In this document: positions 29,113-38,500 of the stretch, in pieces | Layout of the letters: each line of letters starts with the position of its first letter | Position numbering within the stretch: position 1 is the stretch's first letter | Origin: a bacterium | Lineage (GTDB): Bacteria > SAR324 > NAC60-12 | Direction: 5' to 3' | Assembly: GCA_965209155.1 (NCBI GenBank) | Contig: OZ242383.1 | Location: forward strand, 1,600,001 to 1,664,000 | Length of the DNA stretch: 64,000 bases | Program-made: the position numbers and the translations under genes | Notes under the pieces: model-generated | What the model was told of the DNA's origin: nothing | The model's database searches: none | Seen by the model: the letters and a program-made list of their open reading frames with translations, nothing else

Positions 29113-29814
29113 TCATTGAAACACGACAGCACTGACCAATCCGATAATTGCACCAAAAACACCTCCCCAGACCACCAACCATCCCAAGTGTTCACGAATC
29201 ATTTGATCAATGATTTGTTTAACTTGTCCGGGGGTGAGTTCGGCAAGACGAGAATTGATCATTTGTTCTACTTTGGGTTTAAATTCTTCAAACCCCCATT
29301 CTTTTTTCAAAAGAGCCGCCGTATCGATTTTTAAAAGCAATTCCTGCAATTGTCCTTGAAATTCTTTTTGAAATGGGACCTTCAAGGGCTGTAATGCTTG
29401 CTCACCTCCCACCAAACCCAGCATACCACCGAAGGGAGATTCTTTGATAACTGCAATAAATCGGTCAAATACTTTTTCGAAGTCGACTTGTTCCACAATC
29501 CAATCAACAGGAATTTCAGTTGGTAAGGTATTTTCAGTCATTTGAGCAAAGTTTGATTCCGTAAAAAAATTTTCCATGATCAATGTACGGATACCTGATT
29601 TGAATTCCTCGAAATGGAGTGGAATGATTCCCGATCCATAGAAGCCCGGTACTTTTTCAAAAAGCATATAAATTGCCAACCAATTGGTTAATGCACCGGA
29701 AAGAGCAAACAGGCTGGCTTGGCTGAGGTAGACCTGCCACGCAAAAGGAGGGCTCAAATAAGTGATCAGAAAGACAGCGGCAGCAATGAGGTTTGTGAGG
29801 AAACTCTTGTTCAT
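29113..29814 (-). CDS. DUF445 family membrane protein
   Basis: FALSGALTNWLAIYMLFEKVPG, HLGWLVVWGGVFG. Confidence 0.85.
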   Translation of the reverse strand: MNKSFLTNLIAAAVFLITYLSPPFAWQVYLSQASLFALSGALTNWLAIYMLFEKVPGFYGSGIIPLHFEEFKSGIRTLIMENFFTESNFAQMTENTLPTEIPVDWIVEQVDFEKVFDRFIAVIKESPFGGMLGLVGGEQALQPLKVPFQKEFQGQLQELLLKIDTAALLKKEWGFEEFKPKVEQMINSRLAELTPGQVKQIIDQMIREHLGWLVVWGGVFGAIIGLVSAVVFQ

Positions 29815-29817
29815 AAC

Positions 29818-30891
29818 TCAAAGGATTGGATCCAACCACTGAAACAGGTCTTGTGCCTTGCCGTATTGGATTCCCATGATTTCATCAAAAAATCGGCGGG
29901 CGATGGGACCAGTGGTTCCATCACCAATGGGGTGTTCTTTCTCCCGGTAATGTAGCGCGCTCACAGGAGAAATGACCGCCGCGGTTCCAGATCCAAAAAT
30001 TTCTGTCAAACTTCCATCTTCAATCGCACGCACTGCCTCATCAATTGTGATCCGACGCTCCGAGGTTTTCAAACCCCAGCTGCGACTGAGTCGCAATACC
30101 GAATCGCGGGTGATTCCGGGGAGGATCGTGCCTGTTAACTGGGGTGTGATAATTTCATTATCAATCACAAAGAAGATATTCATCGACCCCACTTCTTCTA
30201 CGTAACATCGTCTCACCGCGTCCAGCCAGAGAACTTGGGTATAGCCTTTTTCTTTCGATTCCTTTTCAGCCAAGGTACTGGCCGCATAGTTGCCGGCGGT
30301 TTTAGCTTCTCCTACACCTCCAGGGGCGGCCCTTGTATAATTTTCAGATACAATGATTTTGACCGGATTGAAACCTTCCGGATAATACGGTCCCACCGGG
30401 CAGAGAATGATGAAAAACAAGAAACTGGAGGATTCTTTGAGCCCCAAGGCCGGTTCTGTTGCAATGAGGGTGGGCCGAATATACAAAGAAGTCCCTTCGT
30501 CTTTGGGGATCCAGTCGATTTCAAGACGAAGTAGATGTTTGAGCGCATTCAAGACAAACTGCTCATCAAATTCAGGCAAACCCATCCTGCGGCCGGTACG
30601 GTTCATGCGGGCAAAGTTTTGATCAGGCCGGAACAAGACATAGCTGCCGCTCGAAGTGTAATAAGCTTTCAGTCCCTCAAAAGATTCCTGGCCATAATGG
30701 AAGATGATGGCTGACGGTTCCAGCGATAAATGATGGTAAGGCTCGATACGCGCATCATGCCAGCCGGTACCTCTATCCCATTCCATAAGGAACATGTGAT
30801 TGGTAAATTCCGTACCGAATTTTATGTTGGAAACATCCTGAGGTGGGCTTTTCTTTTTCTCTGAAGAAATGGTCGTAACTTTTATTTCCAT
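29818..30891 (-). CDS. ilvE: Branched-chain amino acid aminotransferase
   Basis: HYGQESFEGLKAY, LYIRP, AKTAGNYA, EEVGSMN, ILPGITR, GSGTAAVISP; start ATG 30891. Confidence 0.95.
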   Translation of the reverse strand: MEIKVTTISSEKKKSPPQDVSNIKFGTEFTNHMFLMEWDRGTGWHDARIEPYHHLSLEPSAIIFHYGQESFEGLKAYYTSSGSYVLFRPDQNFARMNRTGRRMGLPEFDEQFVLNALKHLLRLEIDWIPKDEGTSLYIRPTLIATEPALGLKESSSFLFFIILCPVGPYYPEGFNPVKIIVSENYTRAAPGGVGEAKTAGNYAASTLAEKESKEKGYTQVLWLDAVRRCYVEEVGSMNIFFVIDNEIITPQLTGTILPGITRDSVLRLSRSWGLKTSERRITIDEAVRAIEDGSLTEIFGSGTAAVISPVSALHYREKEHPIGDGTTGPIARRFFDEIMGIQYGKAQDLFQWLDPIL

Positions 30892-30934
30892 AAGGCTTCC
30901 TGAAAAAAATGCAAGGCCCTTGACTTTAATTCGG

Positions 30935-31081
30935 TCAGCGGGCATTGAGTTGTTGAATTGTTTGATAGAGTTGTTCTTGACGGATTTCATCGAAGTTAAA
31001 GAGAAAATATACGATCAAACTTCCCATCACCACAATTAAAATAATGCCGATACTCGCAGCAATTTTTTCACCTCTTCGCAT
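30935..31081 (-). CDS. Small single-pass membrane protein (48 aa)
   Basis: MRRGEK followed by one hydrophobic helix; co-oriented between leuA and ilvE. Confidence 0.45.
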   Translation of the reverse strand: MRRGEKIAASIGIILIVVMGSLIVYFLFNFDEIRQEQLYQTIQQLNAR

Positions 31082-31495
31082 ATCTTTTCTATTTATGATC
31101 TGCACAAATATCGTAGGGTAAAAGTGCGTACATGTTTTTCTCATTCCGGCAATTCGCGCCGTAGTCATTCCGGGCGAAAATCCTGAATGACATAGAAGGT
31201 CTGTACAGACTTTCGCCGCAGTGTACTGGATAATCAGGTACAATTATACTCAAATAAGTCAGACTTGGAATGATACGGAATTCTTCTGGCATAAGTCAAG
31301 TTTTGTCGAGTAATTTTCTTTCCGAAGCGTTTCTTGGGGATGTCGAATTAAGACGTGAGAGTTGTAAAAAAGCGGCTGGAAATTGAATCTATACGGACCC
31401 TGCGCGAAACACACTTTCGGTTCCACATGAGAATTCACTATTGAACAAGCCAGGTGTATCAATGATTAACTTAACCCTTTGACCCTGAAACGTAT

Positions 31496-33187
31496 TTAAA
31501 CTCCGCTACCTTCTTTATATATTCGGTTCAGCGCACTGCACAAGGCTTTGATGGATGCCAAGCTAATGTTGGAGTCCAATCCCACTCCGAAGAAGGAGCG
31601 TTTCTTCACTTTGAGTTGTACATATGCCACTGCTTGGGCATTGGAGCCTTCTCCGAGGGCATGTTCATGGTATGAGACAAACTCAAACTGAATATTTTTG
31701 TTACTGCGCAGCGCAGCGCAAAATGCGTCAATGGGACCATTTCCTTCTCCTTCAATCTTGTGTTCCTCTCCGAACATTACCAATTTGGCATGAATTCTGG
31801 TTTGGATTGAATTCTCGTCTTCGGAGGAGTCGGTTTCAATGCGACAATTTTTCAACTCAAATGGATTCCTGGGCCACAAATACTCCTCCTGAAAACACTG
31901 GTAAATTCGGCTAGGTGGAACTTCTTCTCCCGTTTCTTCAGATACTTTCTGAATAGCGCGGGCAAATTCCGGATGCATCTCCTTGGGAAGTTGATAGCCA
32001 AATTCCTGCTCCATCACATAAGCCACACCGCCTTTGCCGGATTGGCTATTGATTCGAATGATGGCTTCGTAAGTTCGTCCGACATGTTCCGGATTGATTG
32101 GCAAATAAGGGACATCCCAATAGGAAGTTGTTCCTTCGTTGAGGGCTAACATCCCTTTGCGAATGGCATCCTGGTGGGAACCTGAAAAAGCCGTATAGAC
32201 CAGTTCTCCGGCATAGGGATGTCGAGCATGCACTGGCATTCCAGTGCATTTTTCATAGATGTCAATCATTTTCTGAATATCACTGCAGTCCAATTCAGGG
32301 TCAACTCCCTGAGAGAAGAGATTGAGAGCCATGGTGACGATATCCATGTTGCCGGTACGTTCTCCATTGCCAAACAATGTCCCTTCTACCCGATCCGCGC
32401 CTGCCAATATGGCCAATTCGCCAGTGGCCACACCCGTGCCCCGGTCATTGTGAGTATGTACACTTAGAACAACAGACTCCCGATTATGCAGGTTTTCAGC
32501 GAACCATTCAACACGGTCGGCAAAGACATTCGGTGTAGACATCTCAACCGTCGAGGGAAGGTTTATAATCGTTTTTTGTTCTGCAGTCGGTTGCCAGACA
32601 TCAATTACAGCTTCAGAAATTTCCAAAGCGAAATCCAGTTCTGTACCGGTGAAGCTTTCCGGGGAATATTGAAATATGACTTCAGTCTCATGCAGATCCC
32701 TTGCATGTTCTTGCGCCAGTTCTGCGCCGCGTACTGCGATATTCATAATGCCTGCCCGATCTGAGCGGAAAACCATACGTCGTTGCGCTTCGGAAGTGGA
32801 ATTGTAGATATGCACGATGGCCCGTCGGGCTCCCTCAATCGATTGATAGGTTTTTTCAATCAAGTGATCCCGGGTTTGGGTCAGCACCTGGATGGTGACA
32901 TCATCCGGAATGAGTTGGTCATCAATCAGTTTTCTTACAAACTCAAATTCAACCTCTGCTGCTGAAGGAAACCCCACCTCGATTTCTTTGAATCCCATCT
33001 CTACCAGTAGTTGAAACATCTCTAACTTCTTCTTGATGGTCATGGGGTTGACCAGGGCCTGGTTGCCATCCCGCAAGTCTACGCTGCACCAGGTGGGTGC
33101 TTTATCAATCACCTTCGAAGGCCATTGACGATTGGGTAAATCCACCATGGGATAAGGACGATAATTTTCAATAGGCATCGTTTTCAT
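31496..33187 (-). CDS. leuA: 2-isopropylmalate synthase (yeast/actinobacterial type)
   Basis: WCSVDLRDGNQAL, YSPESF, HTHNDRG, GNGERTGN, IRINSQSGKGG; SD AAAGGA before ATG 33187. Confidence 0.96.
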   Translation of the reverse strand: MKTMPIENYRPYPMVDLPNRQWPSKVIDKAPTWCSVDLRDGNQALVNPMTIKKKLEMFQLLVEMGFKEIEVGFPSAAEVEFEFVRKLIDDQLIPDDVTIQVLTQTRDHLIEKTYQSIEGARRAIVHIYNSTSEAQRRMVFRSDRAGIMNIAVRGAELAQEHARDLHETEVIFQYSPESFTGTELDFALEISEAVIDVWQPTAEQKTIINLPSTVEMSTPNVFADRVEWFAENLHNRESVVLSVHTHNDRGTGVATGELAILAGADRVEGTLFGNGERTGNMDIVTMALNLFSQGVDPELDCSDIQKMIDIYEKCTGMPVHARHPYAGELVYTAFSGSHQDAIRKGMLALNEGTTSYWDVPYLPINPEHVGRTYEAIIRINSQSGKGGVAYVMEQEFGYQLPKEMHPEFARAIQKVSEETGEEVPPSRIYQCFQEEYLWPRNPFELKNCRIETDSSEDENSIQTRIHAKLVMFGEEHKIEGEGNGPIDAFCAALRSNKNIQFEFVSYHEHALGEGSNAQAVAYVQLKVKKRSFFGVGLDSNISLASIKALCSALNRIYKEGSGV

Positions 33188-33244
33188 AGGATTTCCTTTT
33201 AATGGTAATTTTATAAATGGCAATGGTTACAACAACAAAAAAAC

Positions 33245-33284
33245 AAAAAAAAAGCCGTGAACTTGGATGCCCACGGCTTTTTTT
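33245..33284 (-). terminator. Attenuator terminator of the leuA leader
   Basis: GCCGTG/CACGGC stem flanked by A and T tracts; U9 tail on the minus strand. Confidence 0.85.
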
Positions 33285-33336
33285 GTGGGCCCAACGCCCA
33301 CAATTCATAAAATATAAAAAAATTGCTGGCAGTCGG

Positions 33337-33393
33337 TTATCCGATGGATCTCAAGAGTAATAAAGATAATAAAGCCAGCAAATTCAAAGACAT
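33337..33393 (-). CDS. leuA leader peptide MSLNLLALLSLLLLRSIG
   Basis: 18 codons with 9 Leu, directly upstream of alternative hairpins and the terminator. Confidence 0.85.
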   Translation of the reverse strand: MSLNLLALLSLLLLRSIG

Positions 33394-33599
33394 AGAAAAA
33401 ATTAAGTTTGGATGTCTAATGTATATTTTTCATATTTTATTCAAAGTTTAGCACTAGATTAATGCATACCAAATAAAAAATCAAACAATTTTTTCAAATT
33501 TTTCAAGGATGTTGTCACGGTAACCATTTTCTAACTATGAACGTAACTATTCAGGTATCTGATTCTGACCGCAGGGAAGAAGTCAGGTTGATTGCCTGG

Positions 33600-33887
33600 T
33601 TAGGCAGTTGCCAATTTTTCCACTTCATCTAAATTAACACGTTGTCTGGCCTGCCATAGATTATAATTACCATGCATGATTAACCAGCTTTCGGGTGAAC
33701 GACCTAGTGTTTTAGATAACTTCAATGCCATTTCTGAGCTGATATTGCTTTGGCCTTTAATCAGTCGATTGAATGTAGAGGGAGAGAGATTTAGTTTTGA
33801 AGCAACCATACGATAACTGACTCCTAAAGGCACAAGATAAACTTCACGAATAAACTCACCTGGATGGGGGGGATTGTACATGCTCAT
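33600..33887 (-). CDS. higA: HigA-family antitoxin (orphan)
   Basis: MYNPPHPGEFIREVYL, HTH, ISSEMALKLSKTLGRSPESWL. Confidence 0.9.
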   Translation of the reverse strand: MSMYNPPHPGEFIREVYLVPLGVSYRMVASKLNLSPSTFNRLIKGQSNISSEMALKLSKTLGRSPESWLIMHGNYNLWQARQRVNLDEVEKLATA

Positions 33888-34054
33888 TAGTGATAATCCT
33901 CGTCTTAGCGGAGTGGAAAGGAGGAGCAAGAATGGGGTATAACGTCTGGAAATTGGGTACTCATAATAAGGTAAAATAAATTATTATTGACCCGATTTCC
34001 ATTTTCACTGATGGTGCCCAAAGTCTCTGACATGGTTTTCCTCCTCCAATGTTT

Positions 34055-34504
34055 TCATTGGGCACCATTTTCAGCTTGATGGCTTCTAAGCTCTTTCAAG
34101 AAATCAACAGGACTACAAAACTTGAAAGAATGATATTGTTGCACTTCAAATAAATCGGAGTCGTAGGTGACAAGGTGAGTTGCTTTGCCATTCTCAGCAC
34201 ATAATACAAAGGCTATATCATCAGGATCATCAGGATAGTGCTCTTTAGGAAAGTGGTAGTATTCAATATAAATATGATCTGCTTTTTTTCTCAGGTTGAT
34301 AATAAATTGACGAATCGCTGTTCTTGGCAATCCTATTGCCAAGAGTTTTTCAACATATTCGAGCAATGTATCCGTTGAATAAAGGCATTGAAATTCTTTT
34401 TTGATCCACCGATCTATTAACTCACGGTTCGGACTGGCAGGGTTGTTGCTTTGTGCGGAGATAATTACGTTCGTATCAAAAACTACACGGAAGGTAGAGT
34501 TCAT
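34055..34504 (-). CDS. PIN-domain toxin
   Basis: RVVFDTNVIISA, DDPDDIAFVLCA, LVTYDSDL. Confidence 0.88.
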   Translation of the reverse strand: MNSTFRVVFDTNVIISAQSNNPASPNRELIDRWIKKEFQCLYSTDTLLEYVEKLLAIGLPRTAIRQFIINLRKKADHIYIEYYHFPKEHYPDDPDDIAFVLCAENGKATHLVTYDSDLFEVQQYHSFKFCSPVDFLKELRSHQAENGAQ

Positions 34505-34821
34505 TTCAAAGAGTTTATCTGTTTACCAATTTGATCTTGTAGTTCTAAAAACTCTATTCCCGCTTCCTCTTCTGTAAATCCTTCAGCATTCCTTCGTTTC
34601 AACTCTTCCTCAGCCTCTTCTAAAATAGTAATTGCTTCGGGGTGATATTTTTTTTTGAAGACTCGAATATTTTCACCATCTTCACGTTTCAGTACGACTG
34701 ACACATACTTTTGAGACAGTGCATCCAAAATCATTTCCGGATGTGCTTTGAGTTCTTCCAAAGAAATTTCTTGTACTTCTTGCATATCTTTTTCCCGTTG
34801 TTCCAAAGTATGCTGTGCCAT
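34501..34821 (-). CDS. Probable cognate antitoxin of the PIN toxin
   Basis: Acidic 106-aa ORF with a 4-nt ATGA overlap with the PIN gene. Confidence 0.6.
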   Translation of the reverse strand: MAQHTLEQREKDMQEVQEISLEELKAHPEMILDALSQKYVSVVLKREDGENIRVFKKKYHPEAITILEEAEEELKRRNAEGFTEEEAGIEFLELQDQIGKQINSLK

Positions 34822-34974
34822 GATGAATTGGTTATATGCTTGGATTCAAGTTTACAGGAATATCCACGCTTATGCAAATCATCTTATTTTTCTACCAGAG
34901 CGATTTCATAATATGAGGCCTATTCAAAAGGGGTAGAAAGGTTTAGACTCCCTTCATTTTAATACCCTCAGAAT

Positions 34975-35289
34975 GATTGGGTTTATCACGAATTGAAAAC
35001 TTACAATCACTATGCAGAAGCCTTTGCTGATCTCTCTTACTGGCGCTTAGCCAGTGGCATCGAAGTGGATTTTATCTTCAATGACTTTTGGTTGGCGCTT
35101 GAGGCAAAAGCCACCCAAAACGTCAAACCCTCCCACCTCAAGGGGTTGAAAGCAATCGCAGAGGAAATCCCGTGTCAACAACGGGCGCTCGTTTGTTTGG
35201 AAGAGCACAAACGCGAAACGCAGGAGGGAATCTTGATTCTGCCATACCAAGATTTCATTCAAGAACTGTGGGAGGGGATTTATTTTTAA
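34975..35289 (+). pseudogene. C-terminal remnant of an AAA+ ATPase/DUF4143 protein
   Basis: WVYHEL..LSYWRLASGIEVDFI..ALEAK; in-frame stop at 34960 and no ATPase domain upstream. Confidence 0.75.
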
Positions 35290-35327
35290 TAGGTGAGATT
35301 CCGCTTGCGTCCCATTTGCTTACTATT

Positions 35328-35573
35328 TATTCGTTTGATCAAGATGACCCAGCTCCTGAAAATTCAGAGGAAATGCTATCTATTTGCTATCGCAATCAGA
35401 CTCGATTTCAGTAAGCAACTAAACATCTCATCTCTCCAGGATTCGGCTATCCACCAGACAAACAATTCCGTTGACGGATTGCATACTATTTACTTATGAT
35501 ATATTCGCATGATCAATACGATCCAGCTCCTGAAATTTCAGAGGAATTGCTATCTATTTGCTATCGCAATCAG
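35328..35573 (+). repeat. Two 72-bp direct repeats (35328-35399, 35502-35573)
   Basis: 65/72 identical; each holds a CTGAAA(A/T)TTCAG palindrome and TGCTATC-TATT-TGCTATC. Confidence 0.9.
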
Positions 35574-35582
35574 GCCAGAGTC

Positions 35583-38500
35583 ATGAAAGACAAAATTACT
35601 AAACAGGCTGTCGAGTCCCTCAAGCCTGGGGCTAAAGACTGCATAATGTGGGACACGGAGTTGCCGATGTTCGGCTGTAAAATAACTCCCAAGGGCAGAC
35701 GAGTCTACCTCTTGCAGTACCGCATCGAGGGACGTTCGAGGCGCTATACCATTGGTATTCATGGGTCATTGACCACCAGGGAGGCCCGAAAAATCGCTAA
35801 AAAGCTGCTGCATGATATTGCCCTGAATCGCGATCCGGCGGATGCGAAGAAGAATAAAGGAGATCAAGAAGAGGGTAAGATTCAAAACCGTTCTCAAGAC
35901 CGCAAGCAGCAGGTTGTTAAATTCAAAACTCCTCACATCCGTGGAAATCCGCGGAAATCTGCGGCCAAAGCAAATAAAGCATCTCCTGGACCTCTAAAAC
36001 CGGTTGTGAGCAAAACGAAGTCCGTTCCCAGTCTGGAAAAACCAGAGATTCCAGGTTATTCGCTGGAGGAGGTCATTTTTGAAAGCAGTCGGACCAGGCT
36101 TTGGCGCGGCAGGCGGCAAAGCGATGGGCTTTCGGTCCTGATCAAGGGATCGGCTTCCCCTCAGCAGAGCGCGCAGGAGCTGGCGGAAATACGGCATGAG
36201 CATGAGATCACCCGGGCTCTGGAAATCGATGGGGTCCTCAGGGCAGAGGAACTGGTGCAATGTGAAAACGGATGGGCTTTGATCCTGGAAAACACGGAAG
36301 GACTCCCTTTGAGAAAGCTGATGGATACCACCCGGCTCGACTTGCTGGACTCGCTGAAGGTAGCGCTTTCTCTGACCGGTATTCTGAAAGAAGTGCACCG
36401 GCAGGGCATCTTGCATAAAATGATCAACCCGTTCAATATTTTTGTCGATCCGGCAACGGGAACGGTCAAACTGACCGGCTTCGGCCTGGCCACGCGGCTT
36501 CCCCGGGAAAATTCGACGACGTTGAGTCCCCAGCTTAGCGGGGAAACCCTGCCCTATATCTCTCCTGAGCAGACCGGTCGGATGAACCGCCCCCTCGATT
36601 ATCGCAGTGATTTTTATTCCCTGGGGGCCACCCTTTACGAACTTTTCAGCGGGAGAGTGCCTTTCCACTCCCGGGAGGTCATGGAAATCATCCACGCTCA
36701 CATTGCCCGGCAGCCCGTACCCCTGGACAAAATTACGCCGCAAGTACCCGGAGTCCTTTCCCGCCTGGTGATGAAACTGGTGGCCAAGCGTGCCGAGGCG
36801 CGCTACCAGAGTCATTCGGGACTAGCTGCCGATCTGCTGGCAAGTCTGGAGCAACTGGAAAACCAGGGGAGCCTGATCGACTTTCCCCTGGCTCGCCAGG
36901 ACGTTCCCAAAGAACTGCAGGTCGCCCCGGGGCTTTACGGCCGGGAGGAAGAAATCACTGCACTGGAGGCCGCCCTGGAGCGAGTCAGCCAGGGAGCGAC
37001 CGAGATGGTGCTGGTCTCGGGAACTGCTGGTGTCGGCAAAACCGCCCTGGTCGGTGAAATTTACCGGTCCGTTGCCCAAAAAAACGGATTTTTCATCTCC
37101 GGCAAGTTTGACCAACTCCGGCACAATATTCCCTACAGCGCGCTGATCCAAGCGCTGCGGGGACTCATCCGGGAGGTATCGGCCGAATGCAAGTCCGGAA
37201 TGGAGCGTTGGAAAAGCAGGACACGGGCTGCCCTGGGGTCCAACGGACAACTGGTGACCCGGGTGATCCCGGAACTGGAGCAGGTGATTGGCCCGCAACC
37301 CCCGCTGCCGGAAATGGGAGCGCTGGAGTCCCGCAACCGCTTCACTTCCGTTTTACTGGATTTCATCTCTGTTTTCTGTGAAAAAACCCATCCCCTGATT
37401 ATTTTTCTGGACGACTTGCAGTGGGTGGACGCTGATACTCTCAAGCTGGTGGAACGCATCGCTCAGCATCCCGAAAGGAAACCTCTGCTTTTCCTGGGAG
37501 CCTATCGCGACAACGAGGTGGATGCCGATCACCGGCTGATGATCAGTCGTGAGGTGATCAAAAAAACTGGCCAGCCGCTGCAAACGATCCCCTTAAAGCC
37601 CCTGAAACGGGAACACATTTCACATCTGCTCGTCCATACCTGCCACTGCCGTGCTGAGGAGGCCAAACCACTGGCCGAGGTCCTGGTACGAAAAACCGGC
37701 GGCAATCCTTTCTTTGTGTGCCAGTTTTTGACCGTACTCTCCGAAAAGGAACTGATCGGTTACTCCCCTGAGGAAAAACGATGGACCTGGGACCTGGCTG
37801 CCATCGAATTCCTGGCGGTGACCGAGAATGTGGTGGATTTGCTGATTGACCAGCTCCATGGTTTTTCCTCTGAAACCAGGCGACTCTTATGCCTGGCGGC
37901 CTGCATCGGCAATACCTTTGACCTGGAATCGCTGGGACTGATCAGCGGCGCTGGAAGCAGGGAGATATACGACAACCTGTTGCCGGCCCTGGAAAAGGGG
38001 TTGATCACTGGTTTTTCCCGGGCCCCTGAACTGGATGATACGACCACCGGAGCGACCTCGGATCACAGCAGCTTCAAATTCCTGCATGACCGGGTGCAGC
38101 AGGCTGCTTATGCCCTCATTGCCCAAAAGGAGAGAAAGCCGGTCCATCTTCGAATCGGCCAGAGCCTGCTCAAGCAATACGCTCTGGGAAAAAGGGACGC
38201 TCTGCTTTTTGACATCGTCCACCATCTCAACCTGGCCCGGGGGTTGAAGGATAAATGGAAAGACCGATCGCACCTGGCCGAACTCAACCTGAAAGCCGGT
38301 CTTAAGGCCAGAGCGGCTTCGGCTTTTGAACAGGCCCTGGAATATTTTACCATCGGCCTGGACCTTTCAGGAGCCGCCGCCTGGAAACGGCATTATCCCC
38401 TGGCCTTATCCCTGCACGAAGCAGCAACGGAGATGTCATGGCTCTGCGGACGCTTCGAGTTGATGGAGAAGCTGGCGGGTGCCGTAAAAGACAACGCCCG

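Noticed and set aside
33542..33554. CGTAACTATTCAG as a mobile-element end at the island's left border
   Set aside because: Single copy in the window; no partner end or target duplication found
35328..35573. CRISPR array
   Set aside because: Only two 72-bp units, a 102-bp gap and no cas genes
35496..35582. ORF-track N-terminal extension of the 2108-aa protein
   Set aside because: It is the translated repeat copy; domain similarity starts at ATG 35583
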